Virus record (IMG/VR): IMGVR_UViG_3300009314_000001
Reading direction: 5' to 3' (one strand)
Length of the DNA stretch: 64,000 nt
Source: a virus
Lineage: Duplodnaviria; Caudoviricetes
Shown: one piece after another, positions 1 to 10,329 of the stretch
How the letters are laid out: every line of letters begins with the position of its first letter
How positions within the stretch are numbered: position 1 is the first letter of the stretch
The notes under the pieces: model-generated
What the model was told of the DNA's origin: nothing
Databases searched by the model: none
What the model saw: only the letters and a program-made list of their open reading frames with translations
Translations under genes and position numbers: made by a program

Positions 1-1353
1 ATGATCACACCTTGTACCGTCACTATCGATATGATAGACAGTACCAGATAATACAATCTGCAAACCTGAACCAATCGACCCATATATATAGCCATTAACT
101 GGCCGATACGGAGGCGGAGGCGGAGGAATAATCTCACCAGGAACACCTTGGAATTTCGGGAAATAGGCGTAATCATATGAATCTAGGTATCGATTGTAAG
201 TCGATACTGTTGTCATCCATGCTCCCTGATTCTTAGGACCCCAACCCCAATTACCCTTCACGGCGTGCATCAGATCGAACATTTCGTTCGGACTTCGAAT
301 GGCTTTAACGTCAGCCCAGGTGATGACTGTACCATCACTGAGACTACCGAATGGCCAATTAGAGTCGCTAATCTCACCGCTCCAACCACCACCCCACGTC
401 TGCCCATGAAGCATAGCATGATTAGATTTTGAGATACTGTTGACGCCCTTGCTCTTAAACCATGAGATGCACTCGTCAGACCAGTCCTGGCCGTAGCATG
501 TTTGAGCATGCCCACCGATACCTCTTGTCGTATCAAGTCCTCCGGAGCCAGCCGTCGTATTAGACCCATGGTGAAGGGAAGCACCACGACGAGCAAGACC
601 CTTATACATCTCGTCGCTTGTCCCGGTAACTTCAACAATAGCACCGTCATCATATCTGAAATTGGAGTGTACCCAGTTCTCGATAGCATCTGGCGGGCCA
701 CCACGACACCATACAGATGAAGGATATCGCTCACATTGGGATTCTGTATGGAATTCCAAGTCCTGGTAACTCGGTGTGGTCAACTTCGTGCCTAGTGCTC
801 GACCATCAAAAATTGTGGCCGGGCACCAACCATGTTCCCTGGCGACAGAGGCATGAGCACTCATATACCAACCAGAACCACAACTACCACGATATGAGTA
901 GGCCCACAATGAAGCCAGAGTGAACATCTGGTATTCATTCGTTGGATCTCGTGATTGGACACCAAGCAGATTCATCATCATCTCGGCACCCGATGCTCCT
1001 ACACAGTTACCAGAATTCTGGAGCATCTGGTAAATCCAATTATTATATCCTTCGTTGTATTTCTCGAACTCTTCGAAGGAATATGCCGTAAAGACATAAC
1101 ATCCCTCAACACCCTGATACGGCTCCATCTCATCGTCGCCGCGATTATCGTACATCGTAAGAGAATCCTCGGCACGATATTGATTTTTACCGACAAGGTC
1201 TCGAAATCGCTCCTGTTCCTTGAGTGCTTTTCTGCCTTCTGGCGTACTCGGATCTGGAAGTATGCATCCGGTGTAACCACCGGCATAAGCGGCTTCCAAG
1301 GCTTTTGTTTTCAGTGCTCGATCTTGGATCGATGGTAGGAATTCATTGGACAT
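1..1353 (-). CDS. Papain-like (C1-type) cysteine peptidase; 3' end runs off the window
   Basis: Not in the ORF track. Manual translation from ATG 1353 (GGAG upstream) gives 451 open codons. Motifs QNSGNCVGAS (oxyanion Gln, catalytic Cys), GGHAQTCYG (His) and HGQTWGGGW (NSWG-equivalent), then a PPPPPP linker. Confidence 0.7.
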   Translation of the reverse strand, partial: MSNEFLPSIQDRALKTKALEAAYAGGYTGCILPDPSTPEGRKALKEQERFRDLVGKNQYRAEDSLTMYDNRGDDEMEPYQGVEGCYVFTAYSFEEFEKYNEGYNNWIYQMLQNSGNCVGASGAEMMMNLLGVQSRDPTNEYQMFTLASLWAYSYRGSCGSGWYMSAHASVAREHGWCPATIFDGRALGTKLTTPSYQDLEFHTESQCERYPSSVWCRGGPPDAIENWVHSNFRYDDGAIVEVTGTSDEMYKGLARRGASLHHGSNTTAGSGGLDTTRGIGGHAQTCYGQDWSDECISWFKSKGVNSISKSNHAMLHGQTWGGGWSGEISDSNWPFGSLSDGTVITWADVKAIRSPNEMFDLMHAVKGNWGWGPKNQGAWMTTVSTYNRYLDSYDYAYFPKFQGVPGEIIPPPPPPYRPVNGYIYGSIGSGLQIVLSGTVYHIDSDGTRCDH

Positions 1354-1381
1354 ATCTGACTCCAAGGATAAAAATTGGGTA

Positions 1382-2134
1382 TTAGACTGATTCTCTGAGT
1401 CCTTTAGCACAATCAACAAGCAACGATCCATAATCGGTGTTTGTCGCACCCTCTTGCCCCAACTTGTCGAACCAATCCTGTAACAATATGCGGAAAGGCT
1501 GCCAAGCAGTTAATGCTGGCTCACCCTTGGGGTCGAGGACAGCGCGAAAGCCCTTGCTAACGTCCTCAGAGATCTCAATCCTGCCGTTAAGTTCACCACC
1601 AGTAACCTTAGCAACAGTCGCATCACATGCGGCAGCTAATTGCGTAGCCGTAAGGATACGATCTGGATCAGCAGTTGCTGCTAAAGCCTGATCCTTAAAT
1701 TCTTCGACACGATCTGGCGGGGGTGGTGGCGGATCAAATTTGCCCTTGTAATGGGCTGGATCAGAGGCTTCGACCCCATCTCCAGTGACATTCATTACTA
1801 GACGGTGTTCGCCGAGTTTGGCTTTCTCCGTTTCTTCGAATATCCATGTCTCGTCGGTATCAAGAACGTAGTTTTTGTTTGTGTCTCCGCTCTTGAGCGC
1901 CAACTGGATCGGTTGCATACCTGGTGCCAGCTCAACCGTATGATTGATTTCTGACACGGCCACAGAGCCGATATTATCGACTATCCCAGTAATTGTAAAT
2001 TCCGTATCCGCCGTGATTTCGGGTCCAGGCGGGGTATCTGCAGTATCGCCATTAACCTGCAGATCGACAGAAATTGCTGGTTGGCAACCAACAATCGCGA
2101 GTAACAATAGCAATAGCAATAGGTTCTTAACCAT
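1382..2134 (-). CDS. Lipoprotein with Ig-like domain, poly-Pro linker and helical C-terminal domain
   Basis: Signal peptide MVKNLLLLLLLLAIVG-C with lipobox. GDTNKNYVLDTDETWIF resembles DUF11/DUF7507-type Ig repeats. FDPPPPPPD linker. Confidence 0.6.
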   Translation of the reverse strand: MVKNLLLLLLLLAIVGCQPAISVDLQVNGDTADTPPGPEITADTEFTITGIVDNIGSVAVSEINHTVELAPGMQPIQLALKSGDTNKNYVLDTDETWIFEETEKAKLGEHRLVMNVTGDGVEASDPAHYKGKFDPPPPPPDRVEEFKDQALAATADPDRILTATQLAAACDATVAKVTGGELNGRIEISEDVSKGFRAVLDPKGEPALTAWQPFRILLQDWFDKLGQEGATNTDYGSLLVDCAKGLRESV

Positions 2135-2218
2135 GGGGTCACCATAATAGCAGAGGAGTATCTTTATACCTTGATTCTACGTTGAACCAAGCGCACATCT
2201 CTTGATTATATTTGGTGC

Positions 2219-3241
2219 CTACTCCTCGTCGTGGTCGATATTTGACTCACGACGACCATCGGATTTTTGTTCAGCACCTTTATTAGTTGGAGAATCTGTA
2301 AATTCCAGACTCCGCAACTTTATAAATTTGATAAAATTGGTGACTGTTGGGCGAGAAAGCCCTGATCGTTGCACCAGTTTACCTATTATCCCATCATATG
2401 GTCTATCATCGTTGTATATCAGGTATTCCAGTGCATTAAGGATTGTTAAGAAGTCATCATGATACTTGCACATATCCCTAGCTTCACTAAGGAATCTAAT
2501 CATGATGTCACTGGTTGGTTTGGGCTTATTACTAAGATGGCCAATATACGAGGCAGAATTCTTCCTATCCCTAGCTTCTTTCTTAATATATGCTAGGATT
2601 ACCGTACGGGATATCTGTGACCACATATTAAACACTTTAGACATCCCACGGTATAATACCGTCTCAGATCCTCCATATCTGCCCTGCATCGGCTCTACAA
2701 TAGGAATTACCACCAATTTATGCTTACAATGCGGACAACACTTATGTAACTTCAGAGTTTCTTTCAGCGTTTTTATACCATATTCCTTATCGGCAGGCTC
2801 ATATAATAGAGAATCAGACGGCCGATCAGGACTAAAACAAGACCTACAATGTGGTCTAGCACGATACTTATATAGTGTCCGCTCTATTTGACACCACGCT
2901 GTCTGTAGAAGATCTCCAAAGGCAGATTCTTCTTGCCCAGGATATATCGTATGGAGGCCTTGTTTCCTGATAATTTGTCTAATTAGTTCAGTGGCATGTG
3001 ACATTATCTTGTCACGTAAGTTTACTTGTGTACATCCAGTCCAGATGTACTTGGTCAATTGCCACTCAACAATTTCATTGACAAAATATAATCGGCGGGT
3101 TGGTGCTGCATCACCAGGTAATGCACCATTTGCAGGGTTAGTCTGCGACGGCGATGAGTTGTTTTTGTCGTGTCCGTTTGAACAGCCGTTTGGGCACGAC
3201 ATATCGACGTTTGATGAGTTTTTCACCATCAATGCTTCCAC
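2219..3241 (-). CDS. Phage sigma-70-like factor (T4 gp55-like late sigma) with Cys-rich insertion
   Basis: Region-2-like DLLQTAWCQIERTLYKY and KVFNMWSQISRTVILAYIKKE. Adjacent to the UvsW-like helicase. True start may be downstream of 3241. Confidence 0.6.
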   Translation of the reverse strand: MEALMVKNSSNVDMSCPNGCSNGHDKNNSSPSQTNPANGALPGDAAPTRRLYFVNEIVEWQLTKYIWTGCTQVNLRDKIMSHATELIRQIIRKQGLHTIYPGQEESAFGDLLQTAWCQIERTLYKYRARPHCRSCFSPDRPSDSLLYEPADKEYGIKTLKETLKLHKCCPHCKHKLVVIPIVEPMQGRYGGSETVLYRGMSKVFNMWSQISRTVILAYIKKEARDRKNSASYIGHLSNKPKPTSDIMIRFLSEARDMCKYHDDFLTILNALEYLIYNDDRPYDGIIGKLVQRSGLSRPTVTNFIKFIKLRSLEFTDSPTNKGAEQKSDGRRESNIDHDEE

Positions 3242-4769
3242 CAGGAAACACTATGGTCGTACGATAACCGGCATTAACCATAGCCCGCAAACGAGCCTTC
3301 GAATGATCGTAAAGGTATTTGTTGCATCGGAAGTAAAAGTCAAAAACCCTACTACGACCTAATCGATTTCTCCGTACCGCACGGCCAATTTTCTGTACAA
3401 AGTCCGATTCTAACTTACCGCCGGTTGCAATAACTAAATTCTCACAACCACCCGATAAGTCTAGACCCCTATTAATTATTTTACCACCAATAAGTACATC
3501 TAACTCACGCCTCTCGAACGCACGCAGCATTTCATCACGACGGCGCTTAGTAGTCTGGCCATATATAAATGATGTCGAAAGACCACTATCCCTAATAATC
3601 TTCTCCAAATGCTTCCCAAGTGCTATCTTATCGACAAGGATTAATGTTCCGTCACCCTTATACCTATTGCAAAGAGCAGCTATGAGCTTATGAAAATCTC
3701 TATTCTCTGTCATCCATTCTTCATAAGCAATATCATATGCCGATCCCTCATGTATATCTCCATCAATCCCAAAACCCATTGAGAAATACTCACAAGGAAT
3801 AATCTGTCCTATCTTCTCCAACCTTCTTCTAGGCACTATCATAATAGGTGATCCAAGGTGCTCCTGCATCACCATAGCCTCCACAGGCTTCTCAGGATCA
3901 AAAGGAGTGCCAGAAAAACCATATCGACGTCTACCTTTAAACCAGTGCCGGAATAGCATCTTGAATTGATCTGATGTTGCCTTATCGCACTCATCAATTA
4001 TAATCATCTCGGCTTCTTTCACATATTTCCGGAGCTCTTTCGCATTCTTCTTGCGAGTTTGAAAAGCCTGTAATTGTGATTCCCACTTCTTCAGACGCTT
4101 TTCAAACTTCTCCTTCGGCTCTCCTTCCTCTTGATTAGGTGGCTGAGGAGGCATACCAGGGCTACCCAAGGATTGAATAAGTCCTACTACGATTAATTCA
4201 CCATTGGGGCGACGACCAGCATAAAATATACCAACCTCCTCGGCAACATCCCGAAGCTCAAGGCGTTGTTTCAATTGTGTTACAACCACTGTCTGATCAG
4301 CAATAATAACCGTAGGACATTCTATAGCCTTACAAATACCACATATAATCTCACCCTTGCCGCCACCAGTTGGTATATCATACACTCCACATTCTATCAG
4401 ACAGGCCTGCTTAATGCTCTTCACCTGATAATCGTGTAATTTTATTCCCGATAGGAAATCCTCAGTAACTTTATCGGGTGCGATAGGGCTATATTCCCAC
4501 TTCTCGCGATGATCCTTGACCACCAATGGTATATCATGCTTTCTGCAGAGCCCCCGAAGCATACTCAGAAGCGGCCTAGCTATCCTTTTCTTCGCTCTGT
4601 TGTATTTCCGATAAACTCCGTCCCACTGTCCCAATTGGTCTGGATCTATATGGACATTGGGGAGAGACACACTGAACTCTTCCCAAAGCATATCCTCTTC
4701 AGGTTCGGTCAGGTGATTGAAGTATAACCACTGGTTGCTTGTTACATTAGCTCTCATAATATCCTCCAA
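3138..4769 (-). CDS. uvsW: Superfamily 2 DNA helicase, UvsW-like
   Basis: LHDYQ (Q motif), PTGGGKG, IIIDECD, GFSGTP, RGLD, QKIGRAVR. Confidence 0.8.
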   Translation of the reverse strand: MEDIMRANVTSNQWLYFNHLTEPEEDMLWEEFSVSLPNVHIDPDQLGQWDGVYRKYNRAKKRIARPLLSMLRGLCRKHDIPLVVKDHREKWEYSPIAPDKVTEDFLSGIKLHDYQVKSIKQACLIECGVYDIPTGGGKGEIICGICKAIECPTVIIADQTVVVTQLKQRLELRDVAEEVGIFYAGRRPNGELIVVGLIQSLGSPGMPPQPPNQEEGEPKEKFEKRLKKWESQLQAFQTRKKNAKELRKYVKEAEMIIIDECDKATSDQFKMLFRHWFKGRRRYGFSGTPFDPEKPVEAMVMQEHLGSPIMIVPRRRLEKIGQIIPCEYFSMGFGIDGDIHEGSAYDIAYEEWMTENRDFHKLIAALCNRYKGDGTLILVDKIALGKHLEKIIRDSGLSTSFIYGQTTKRRRDEMLRAFERRELDVLIGGKIINRGLDLSGGCENLVIATGGKLESDFVQKIGRAVRRNRLGRSRVFDFYFRCNKYLYDHSKARLRAMVNAGYRTTIVFPGGSIDGEKLIKRRYVVPKRLFKRTRQKQLIAVAD

Positions 4770-4811
4770 GCACCTGTGGCAAACAAATAGCTACCGGTTA
4801 AATACGGGTAG

Positions 4812-5129
4812 TCAATCAAGGCGTCCTGGCATCATTCTAGCGATAGTGTCTATAGGATCAAACTGCGGCTCCTCATTCTCATCACATCCAAATAATTCTT
4901 CTATTCTATCTATAGACTTCGGATCATTTAGGTCAAAAGTATGTGGGCCTATTTTGAGAATGGTTTCATTAATAACAATAGCATCTGGATAAAGTCCTTC
5001 CACCACAGGACCATAGATATGAATCTGTACGCCCATATCAAATCCGACCGGATTATCATATGGGTCTAGCCAAGCCCTATGATCAGGACTCGTGTTGATG
5101 AGATCTACTATAGCCTTTAGTACATCCAC
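4812..5129 (-). CDS. Hypothetical protein
   Basis: 105-aa ORF abutting nrdJ (TAATG-type coupling). Confidence 0.6.
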   Translation of the reverse strand: MDVLKAIVDLINTSPDHRAWLDPYDNPVGFDMGVQIHIYGPVVEGLYPDAIVINETILKIGPHTFDLNDPKSIDRIEELFGCDENEEPQFDPIDTIARMMPGRLD

Positions 5130-8100
5130 TAAGTATCCTCAACGGTAACCACCACTTTCTTCTTTTGATCTGGCGGTGGCAACTCACATTTATCAGAATC
5201 ACAATAGTGGCTTCCAACAGCCTCAGTTATATAGTCACTGTAATCAGGCTCAGTGACTTTATTATTATATTCAACAACCTCTTCCGGTGTGCAAGCTTCG
5301 TAAGGGGCCTGAGGATAATCGTGATTCTCCGTAGGAAGGAATGAGAGACCTTTCAAGCTGTCCTCATACGATGCCAAGATCTTCGCGATTTCTTTAGCCT
5401 CGTGTTCATGAAATCGTATGGTACAAGATACCTGATTATCAGCCCAATACCTCTGATAGTCTACAACATTCTTGACTTGCTCCCAGATATTAACCTCGCC
5501 GACAGGCCTTACACCATTGCATTTTACGGCGAATGTTGCAACCATCGTCTTCGGATCAGTAACAGACAGTTCAACATGATAACCAGCATCTTGTAAGATC
5601 TTGATAAGTACACTATCATTCGATATTCTAACTCGCCGCCAATACGTACATGATTCTGGGTGATGTATACCAGGTGTGGCACCAACCATAAGACTAACAG
5701 TACCACTAGGCTTAACACTAGTCACTTTGATAGACTTAGGAACGCACAACCACTCGGAGTAGATCTCATCCCATCTGCGAATCTCGTTATATCCAGCATC
5801 GCAGAAATCCTTTAGCACTTTACGTCTGCCAAACCTCTCAAAAGCCTGGACAATACCACTCTGTGACAGGCCTATCCGGCGACTTCTTAACATCACTTGG
5901 TTAGTTCTGGCATTATGAGTTGGCAATAGTGTGACGGTCTTCCCATATAAGTATGCAAACTTCAAAGTCCTCATATATTCGTCGGCGGAATCATGATTAT
6001 TCGGAAATGTCTCGACGAGGCAGCACAATTCATAAGATTCAAGACTCTGTTCTCCACACTGCCCTACTTTATGACCTTCAACTACTACTTGATTCGTTTT
6101 CGGCTCAGTCAGACAATAAACAGTGTCTTCACCAAGGCATTCAACAGACTTAATTTTAGTATATCGACCAGTGTCTGAATTATTAGAACCAGTCTTACCA
6201 ACAAGCCATTGTCTTGCTTTAGTGATCTTAGACTGCTGAATGAAACCTACGTAGTCAAGAAATTTCGTGACTTGTTTTATTCCAGATATAATCAATTCCC
6301 ATTGTTCTTTTCGATTATATAATTTCTTGCCGCCTTTCCCATCATTCATCATCTGCTTAGATGATTTTCTTCGATGTTGAACAGTACTAGCTATACCAAG
6401 TTGACTAAACAGTAACCTGCAATCTAATAACAATTGCTGGTTAGACTGTGATATCCTAACCGATATTGTACCATTATCGCTAATTTGAACACCACCATCA
6501 GCAGATGCGAACCCCTTAAGAAATGCTGCTATCGTCTCACGCGATCCACACCATATACTAGAAGGAATATGATGCTTATCGCCAGATCTGACCCCATCGG
6601 CCACTAACAACCTGCCTAGCACTGTAGAACCAATATGTTCTTCGTCATGCTCAAAATGTTTTTGCTCTCTTTTCCAACCAGCATATACAGGTTGTTGATT
6701 TGTCGACTTTGTATGTGTGTGATATACTTCAAGCATCAAGCCTCTAAGTCTTGGCAAAACGTCACTAACATCATCGTCATAACACGCGCACTTTGCACGC
6801 ACTTGACCATCTTTTTGTGGTGATAATGAACCATCACCTATTACCCAGCCAGCCAACTCTGCATATGCCATATCATACAACACATTAGCAGAAGTTGCGT
6901 GAGTTGTTTGATTGAGTGGGATCATCATGCCAACTTCAAGATCCCCAAGTTTTACTCTTCGCTCAGAATACTCCACCTTCTTCTTGACTCTTGCCCTATC
7001 AAGAACGATGAATTCATGATTCCTAGTAGCATCAACCCAAGATCCATCTGTAAGGATTACTCGATACACAATATCAGCACCAACCCTATACACCTTTGTT
7101 GCTGGTGCCAATCCATTATCATTAACAATGACCTGCTCGCCATATTTCTCTAATGGATTACTACCTAGCCCATCATATTCAAGCGACCCTTGGCTAAGCC
7201 AAAGATCTTCAAGTCTTTCATAACCATATTGCGTCAAAATCCGCATACTTCCGGCGAAGCAGGGGTTTGTACCACATGCTCTACTATCTATACCAGGTCG
7301 CCTACCATCTATCATTCTACCGAAATCACGTATGTTATCCAACCATTGATAACCCGGCTCACCACTTATACCAGTACGTTCTGCAAAATCTGTATAATCC
7401 ATGCCTATTTCAGCAAAGATTGAATTGTTCGATGCCCATCTATGACTATTCCTAGCATTCCAAATATCGATGGCCTTCTGGAATCGATCACTACCTATAG
7501 CGATTTCGCCAAACATTATCGGTTCGGCACGCCAAATATCCTCATCTTCCAACTTCGTCACCACTTCCGTGAACACTTCAGCTTCTGTACTCGTCAGATC
7601 AGCTAAAGGACTCTTCATCATACAATATTCATAGTCCTTCGGGGAGCCTAATGCTATTTCTGAGGATCTGCGCACATTACCAGCTACTACACAGGCCCCT
7701 ATATAATTCATGATATCGACTATATCAACACTGGAGAGTGTCGCACCGATCCTAGACTCCAAATGTTCACGCACAAATGCATGCAGTGATTGTAGGATGC
7801 TTGGACCTGATGCTTTGCCACCAAATCCATTAATTGGTTCACCAGCTCTTCTAATCTCATCATAATTGAATAGAACATTACCGTCATCAGACTTTATAGT
7901 ATACGACCATATAAGACGACGCAGAGAGTCCACCCAACCTTCTCGAGAATCGGCGATCGTATAGATATTATCGATAGATGCGGGCTTATGAATTTGTATT
8001 CGATTAGCTCCCTTTGTATCAAACCCAACGCCGACACCAAGCATAGACATATCCATAAGAAAACAGAATGGCTCCGCTGGGTCAGATTCAATCTGATCAT

Positions 8101-8548
8101 ATGTTGATACAAAACCACAATTATTAAGGGCTGCTGATCCTCTCTCCCACATGAACTCAGTACCCATCATCCATAAACCGCGACCGGGAGGCAAGAACTT
8201 AAAGTTCCATATCCTCTCAAACATTTCTTGGGCTGAATCCTGAGCCTTATCATAGTCCCACGGCAAGTGTAATCGACGTTGATGCCGTCTTTGGATTTCG
8301 TAGCAACCTTCGACAACACGACGTGCAGTATCAAGGAATGTCTCTTTGGAGCCATCATCCGTGACACGGGAATATGTGCGGTAAAAAATGAACTCGCCCA
8401 AACCATCAAAGCCAAATTTGGGCTTCTTACCAACATATCCACTAAGGAATGATCCACCAAGTCTGAAGTGCTTTTCTTCCTCTACTTCCTTGTTAAAGTA
8501 CTTCTGAGATATGTTCTCTACCTTGATCTGCCTAGCCACTACGGACAC
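5129..8548 (-). CDS. nrdJ: Class II (adenosylcobalamin-dependent) ribonucleotide reductase, monomeric RTPR type, intein-containing
   Basis: FLPPGRGLW, AALNNCG, VVAGNVRRSSEI, GTNP|CGEQ..ELCCLVE, TSVKPSGTVSL, WADNQVSCT and C-terminal CDSDKC. Confidence 0.95.
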   Translation of the reverse strand: MSVVARQIKVENISQKYFNKEVEEEKHFRLGGSFLSGYVGKKPKFGFDGLGEFIFYRTYSRVTDDGSKETFLDTARRVVEGCYEIQRRHQRRLHLPWDYDKAQDSAQEMFERIWNFKFLPPGRGLWMMGTEFMWERGSAALNNCGFVSTYDQIESDPAEPFCFLMDMSMLGVGVGFDTKGANRIQIHKPASIDNIYTIADSREGWVDSLRRLIWSYTIKSDDGNVLFNYDEIRRAGEPINGFGGKASGPSILQSLHAFVREHLESRIGATLSSVDIVDIMNYIGACVVAGNVRRSSEIALGSPKDYEYCMMKSPLADLTSTEAEVFTEVVTKLEDEDIWRAEPIMFGEIAIGSDRFQKAIDIWNARNSHRWASNNSIFAEIGMDYTDFAERTGISGEPGYQWLDNIRDFGRMIDGRRPGIDSRACGTNPCFAGSMRILTQYGYERLEDLWLSQGSLEYDGLGSNPLEKYGEQVIVNDNGLAPATKVYRVGADIVYRVILTDGSWVDATRNHEFIVLDRARVKKKVEYSERRVKLGDLEVGMMIPLNQTTHATSANVLYDMAYAELAGWVIGDGSLSPQKDGQVRAKCACYDDDVSDVLPRLRGLMLEVYHTHTKSTNQQPVYAGWKREQKHFEHDEEHIGSTVLGRLLVADGVRSGDKHHIPSSIWCGSRETIAAFLKGFASADGGVQISDNGTISVRISQSNQQLLLDCRLLFSQLGIASTVQHRRKSSKQMMNDGKGGKKLYNRKEQWELIISGIKQVTKFLDYVGFIQQSKITKARQWLVGKTGSNNSDTGRYTKIKSVECLGEDTVYCLTEPKTNQVVVEGHKVGQCGEQSLESYELCCLVETFPNNHDSADEYMRTLKFAYLYGKTVTLLPTHNARTNQVMLRSRRIGLSQSGIVQAFERFGRRKVLKDFCDAGYNEIRRWDEIYSEWLCVPKSIKVTSVKPSGTVSLMVGATPGIHHPESCTYWRRVRISNDSVLIKILQDAGYHVELSVTDPKTMVATFAVKCNGVRPVGEVNIWEQVKNVVDYQRYWADNQVSCTIRFHEHEAKEIAKILASYEDSLKGLSFLPTENHDYPQAPYEACTPEEVVEYNNKVTEPDYSDYITEAVGSHYCDSDKCELPPPDQKKKVVVTVEDT
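6059..7261 (-). mobile_element. Intein (401 aa) with LAGLIDADG homing endonuclease, C-terminal Gly-Gln
   Basis: Starts CFAGSMRILT after GTNP and ends VYCLTEPKTNQVVVEGHKVGQ before CGEQ. Endonuclease motifs LAGWVIGDG and FLKGFASADG. Removing it restores GTNPCGEQ. Confidence 0.93.
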
Positions 8549-9231
8549 AATTCCCTCCAGTCGGTCTTAAAGATCCGTCTTGCTTGCTTAAAAGTATTAA
8601 GATCTTGTACGATTTTCGATCTCAACGAAAATAATCGTGCTGCGGTGGGCAGCATCGTGCGTTCATCTGGGTTGTCTTTTTGAAGCCTAGTAAGTGCGGA
8701 TGTACAACTATGCGACAAAGCTAGGAATAATGGCGATAAACGATTTGCTCTATACCAGATCGTGAGATTAGAGAAGGACCTTGGATCTGCTCGATGTAAT
8801 AGAATATTGATAGTATTACCATCTGTTACTTGATCGAACCATTTCTTAGTGCTAGCAAGAACATCCAATTCTTGTCCGTTCTTATCAGATTGTTCTTGTA
8901 ATTTCTTATAGCAAACATCCAACATATTAGATTGATGTAGAACAGCTAGGCCTTTATGTAGAGAGCCTTTCTGTTTCGCATAATTCACAGCTATATCGAT
9001 AAATTTTCGAGCTGTTTGATCGTCAAAGTCCCATTGTTGGAATTTATTAGCTATAGCCCTGGCGTATCGCCATTGATAAGTCTTTTTGCGATCGGTATTG
9101 GCAGGAAACGTCAATCGCTTTCCATGGCGTAGATACGCTTCAGAGCACCAATCCCACACAGCTTGAATTCGATCTTCTTCGATAGCTTTCCCCATATGAT
9201 GCTCAATACGAGGAGACGCAATGACCGACAC
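8539..9231 (-). CDS. Hypothetical protein
   Basis: 230-aa ORF overlapping the nrdJ start. True start may be MGKAIEE. Confidence 0.65.
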   Translation of the reverse strand: MSVIASPRIEHHMGKAIEEDRIQAVWDWCSEAYLRHGKRLTFPANTDRKKTYQWRYARAIANKFQQWDFDDQTARKFIDIAVNYAKQKGSLHKGLAVLHQSNMLDVCYKKLQEQSDKNGQELDVLASTKKWFDQVTDGNTINILLHRADPRSFSNLTIWYRANRLSPLFLALSHSCTSALTRLQKDNPDERTMLPTAARLFSLRSKIVQDLNTFKQARRIFKTDWRELCP

Positions 9232-9541
9232 TGGTGAACTCCATGAGGAAAATAACGATCAAACGTCAGAGGACATCGCCAAGAACACTGATGGCGGTGA
9301 TAACAAAGAGCACCGCCAAGTCATCTTTGCCCAGCTATTCCACAAGCTGATGGATGGATTTGGTGAAACCTGCGAAGAAAATGGTGTGAAAACAGCGATA
9401 GCTATTGCTATACACCCTGAGCATGATGCTCCTGTTGTATTTATTCGCGGCGAAGTGACAGACGCGATGGCATTATCAGCAGGAGTCTTAAGAGACTTTA
9501 AAGAAGACCTATATGCACGCCTAAATACAGAGCCTAGATAA
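9221..9541 (+). CDS. Hypothetical protein
   Basis: GAGGAG upstream of the ATG; 106 aa. Confidence 0.55.
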   Translation: MTDTGELHEENNDQTSEDIAKNTDGGDNKEHRQVIFAQLFHKLMDGFGETCEENGVKTAIAIAIHPEHDAPVVFIRGEVTDAMALSAGVLRDFKEDLYARLNTEPR

Positions 9542-9920
9542 TGCAGCCCGTTGGTACAAGAAGCTCTTCTATCTCTTCTCTAAGATCATCTGGCACAGCT
9601 TCATGACACTTAGTCAGCACTTGATGCACTTTAGTCATATGATCCATTTCCCATCTATGAACTATAATCTGTAGATCATCTACCTTGATAGGTATTATCA
9701 TAGCATTCTCAAGAGATCTCAAACGTCTAATAATATTCTTACAGACAGAATCACAGACGTCATTCTCTTCAAAGTATCCACGTATAGATGATTCAACGGA
9801 AGCTACAACTTTATTGAAGTCGGTTATTACATATGATTGCCTTATATCACCATAATATACAATAACCCAGAATTTAATGACACGTTCAGCTAATGGTAAT
9901 GAATCTCTATCTATTTTCAT
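9534..9920 (-). CDS. Hypothetical protein
   Basis: 128-aa ORF coupled to the upstream cupin. Confidence 0.55.
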   Translation of the reverse strand: MKIDRDSLPLAERVIKFWVIVYYGDIRQSYVITDFNKVVASVESSIRGYFEENDVCDSVCKNIIRRLRSLENAMIIPIKVDDLQIIVHRWEMDHMTKVHQVLTKCHEAVPDDLREEIEELLVPTGCII

Positions 9921-10329
9921 CGAATTTTGTTCTTATAGTCTCTAACGCCTTTGATATATTAGATTCTTCTAACATGCCGCCCTCCGTCAAGCGGACTATA
10001 TCATCACGCCGGACACGGCTACCACGATCAGCATAGTACTCCTCTATCATCTCACCAGTGGCATGCACAATAAAAACGTGTGGAACAAGTGATGGTACAT
10101 CCAATTTGTTATCAGGCCCAAGAAGATGCTTAACCACCTTTGGCCCGTACCATTCAACTACTTCCACCCTTCCAGTTGTTACCCAAAATCTATTAGCTCT
10201 ATGCATATGGTAGTGAAGAGAGCAATATCCACCAACTTTCAACTTGAGTTCATACTTAGCATAGAAATCGGTACTGATCAGTTCTCTAGTCTCACCCCAT
10301 ACTTTCTTCAGCCACTCGCTATCGGTCAT
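9907..10329 (-). CDS. Cupin-domain protein (mannose-6-phosphate isomerase C-terminal-like)
   Basis: Cupin motifs GGYCSLHYHMHRANRFWVTTG and LDVPSLVPHVF. Confidence 0.7.
   Translation of the reverse strand: MTDSEWLKKVWGETRELISTDFYAKYELKLKVGGYCSLHYHMHRANRFWVTTGRVEVVEWYGPKVVKHLLGPDNKLDVPSLVPHVFIVHATGEMIEEYYADRGSRVRRDDIVRLTEGGMLEESNISKALETIRTKFDENR

Noticed and set aside
270-1338. Track ORFs 270-734, 717-923, 955-1338 and 999-1286
   Set aside because: All are shadows of the 1353-to-<1 protease frame, which carries the catalytic motifs.
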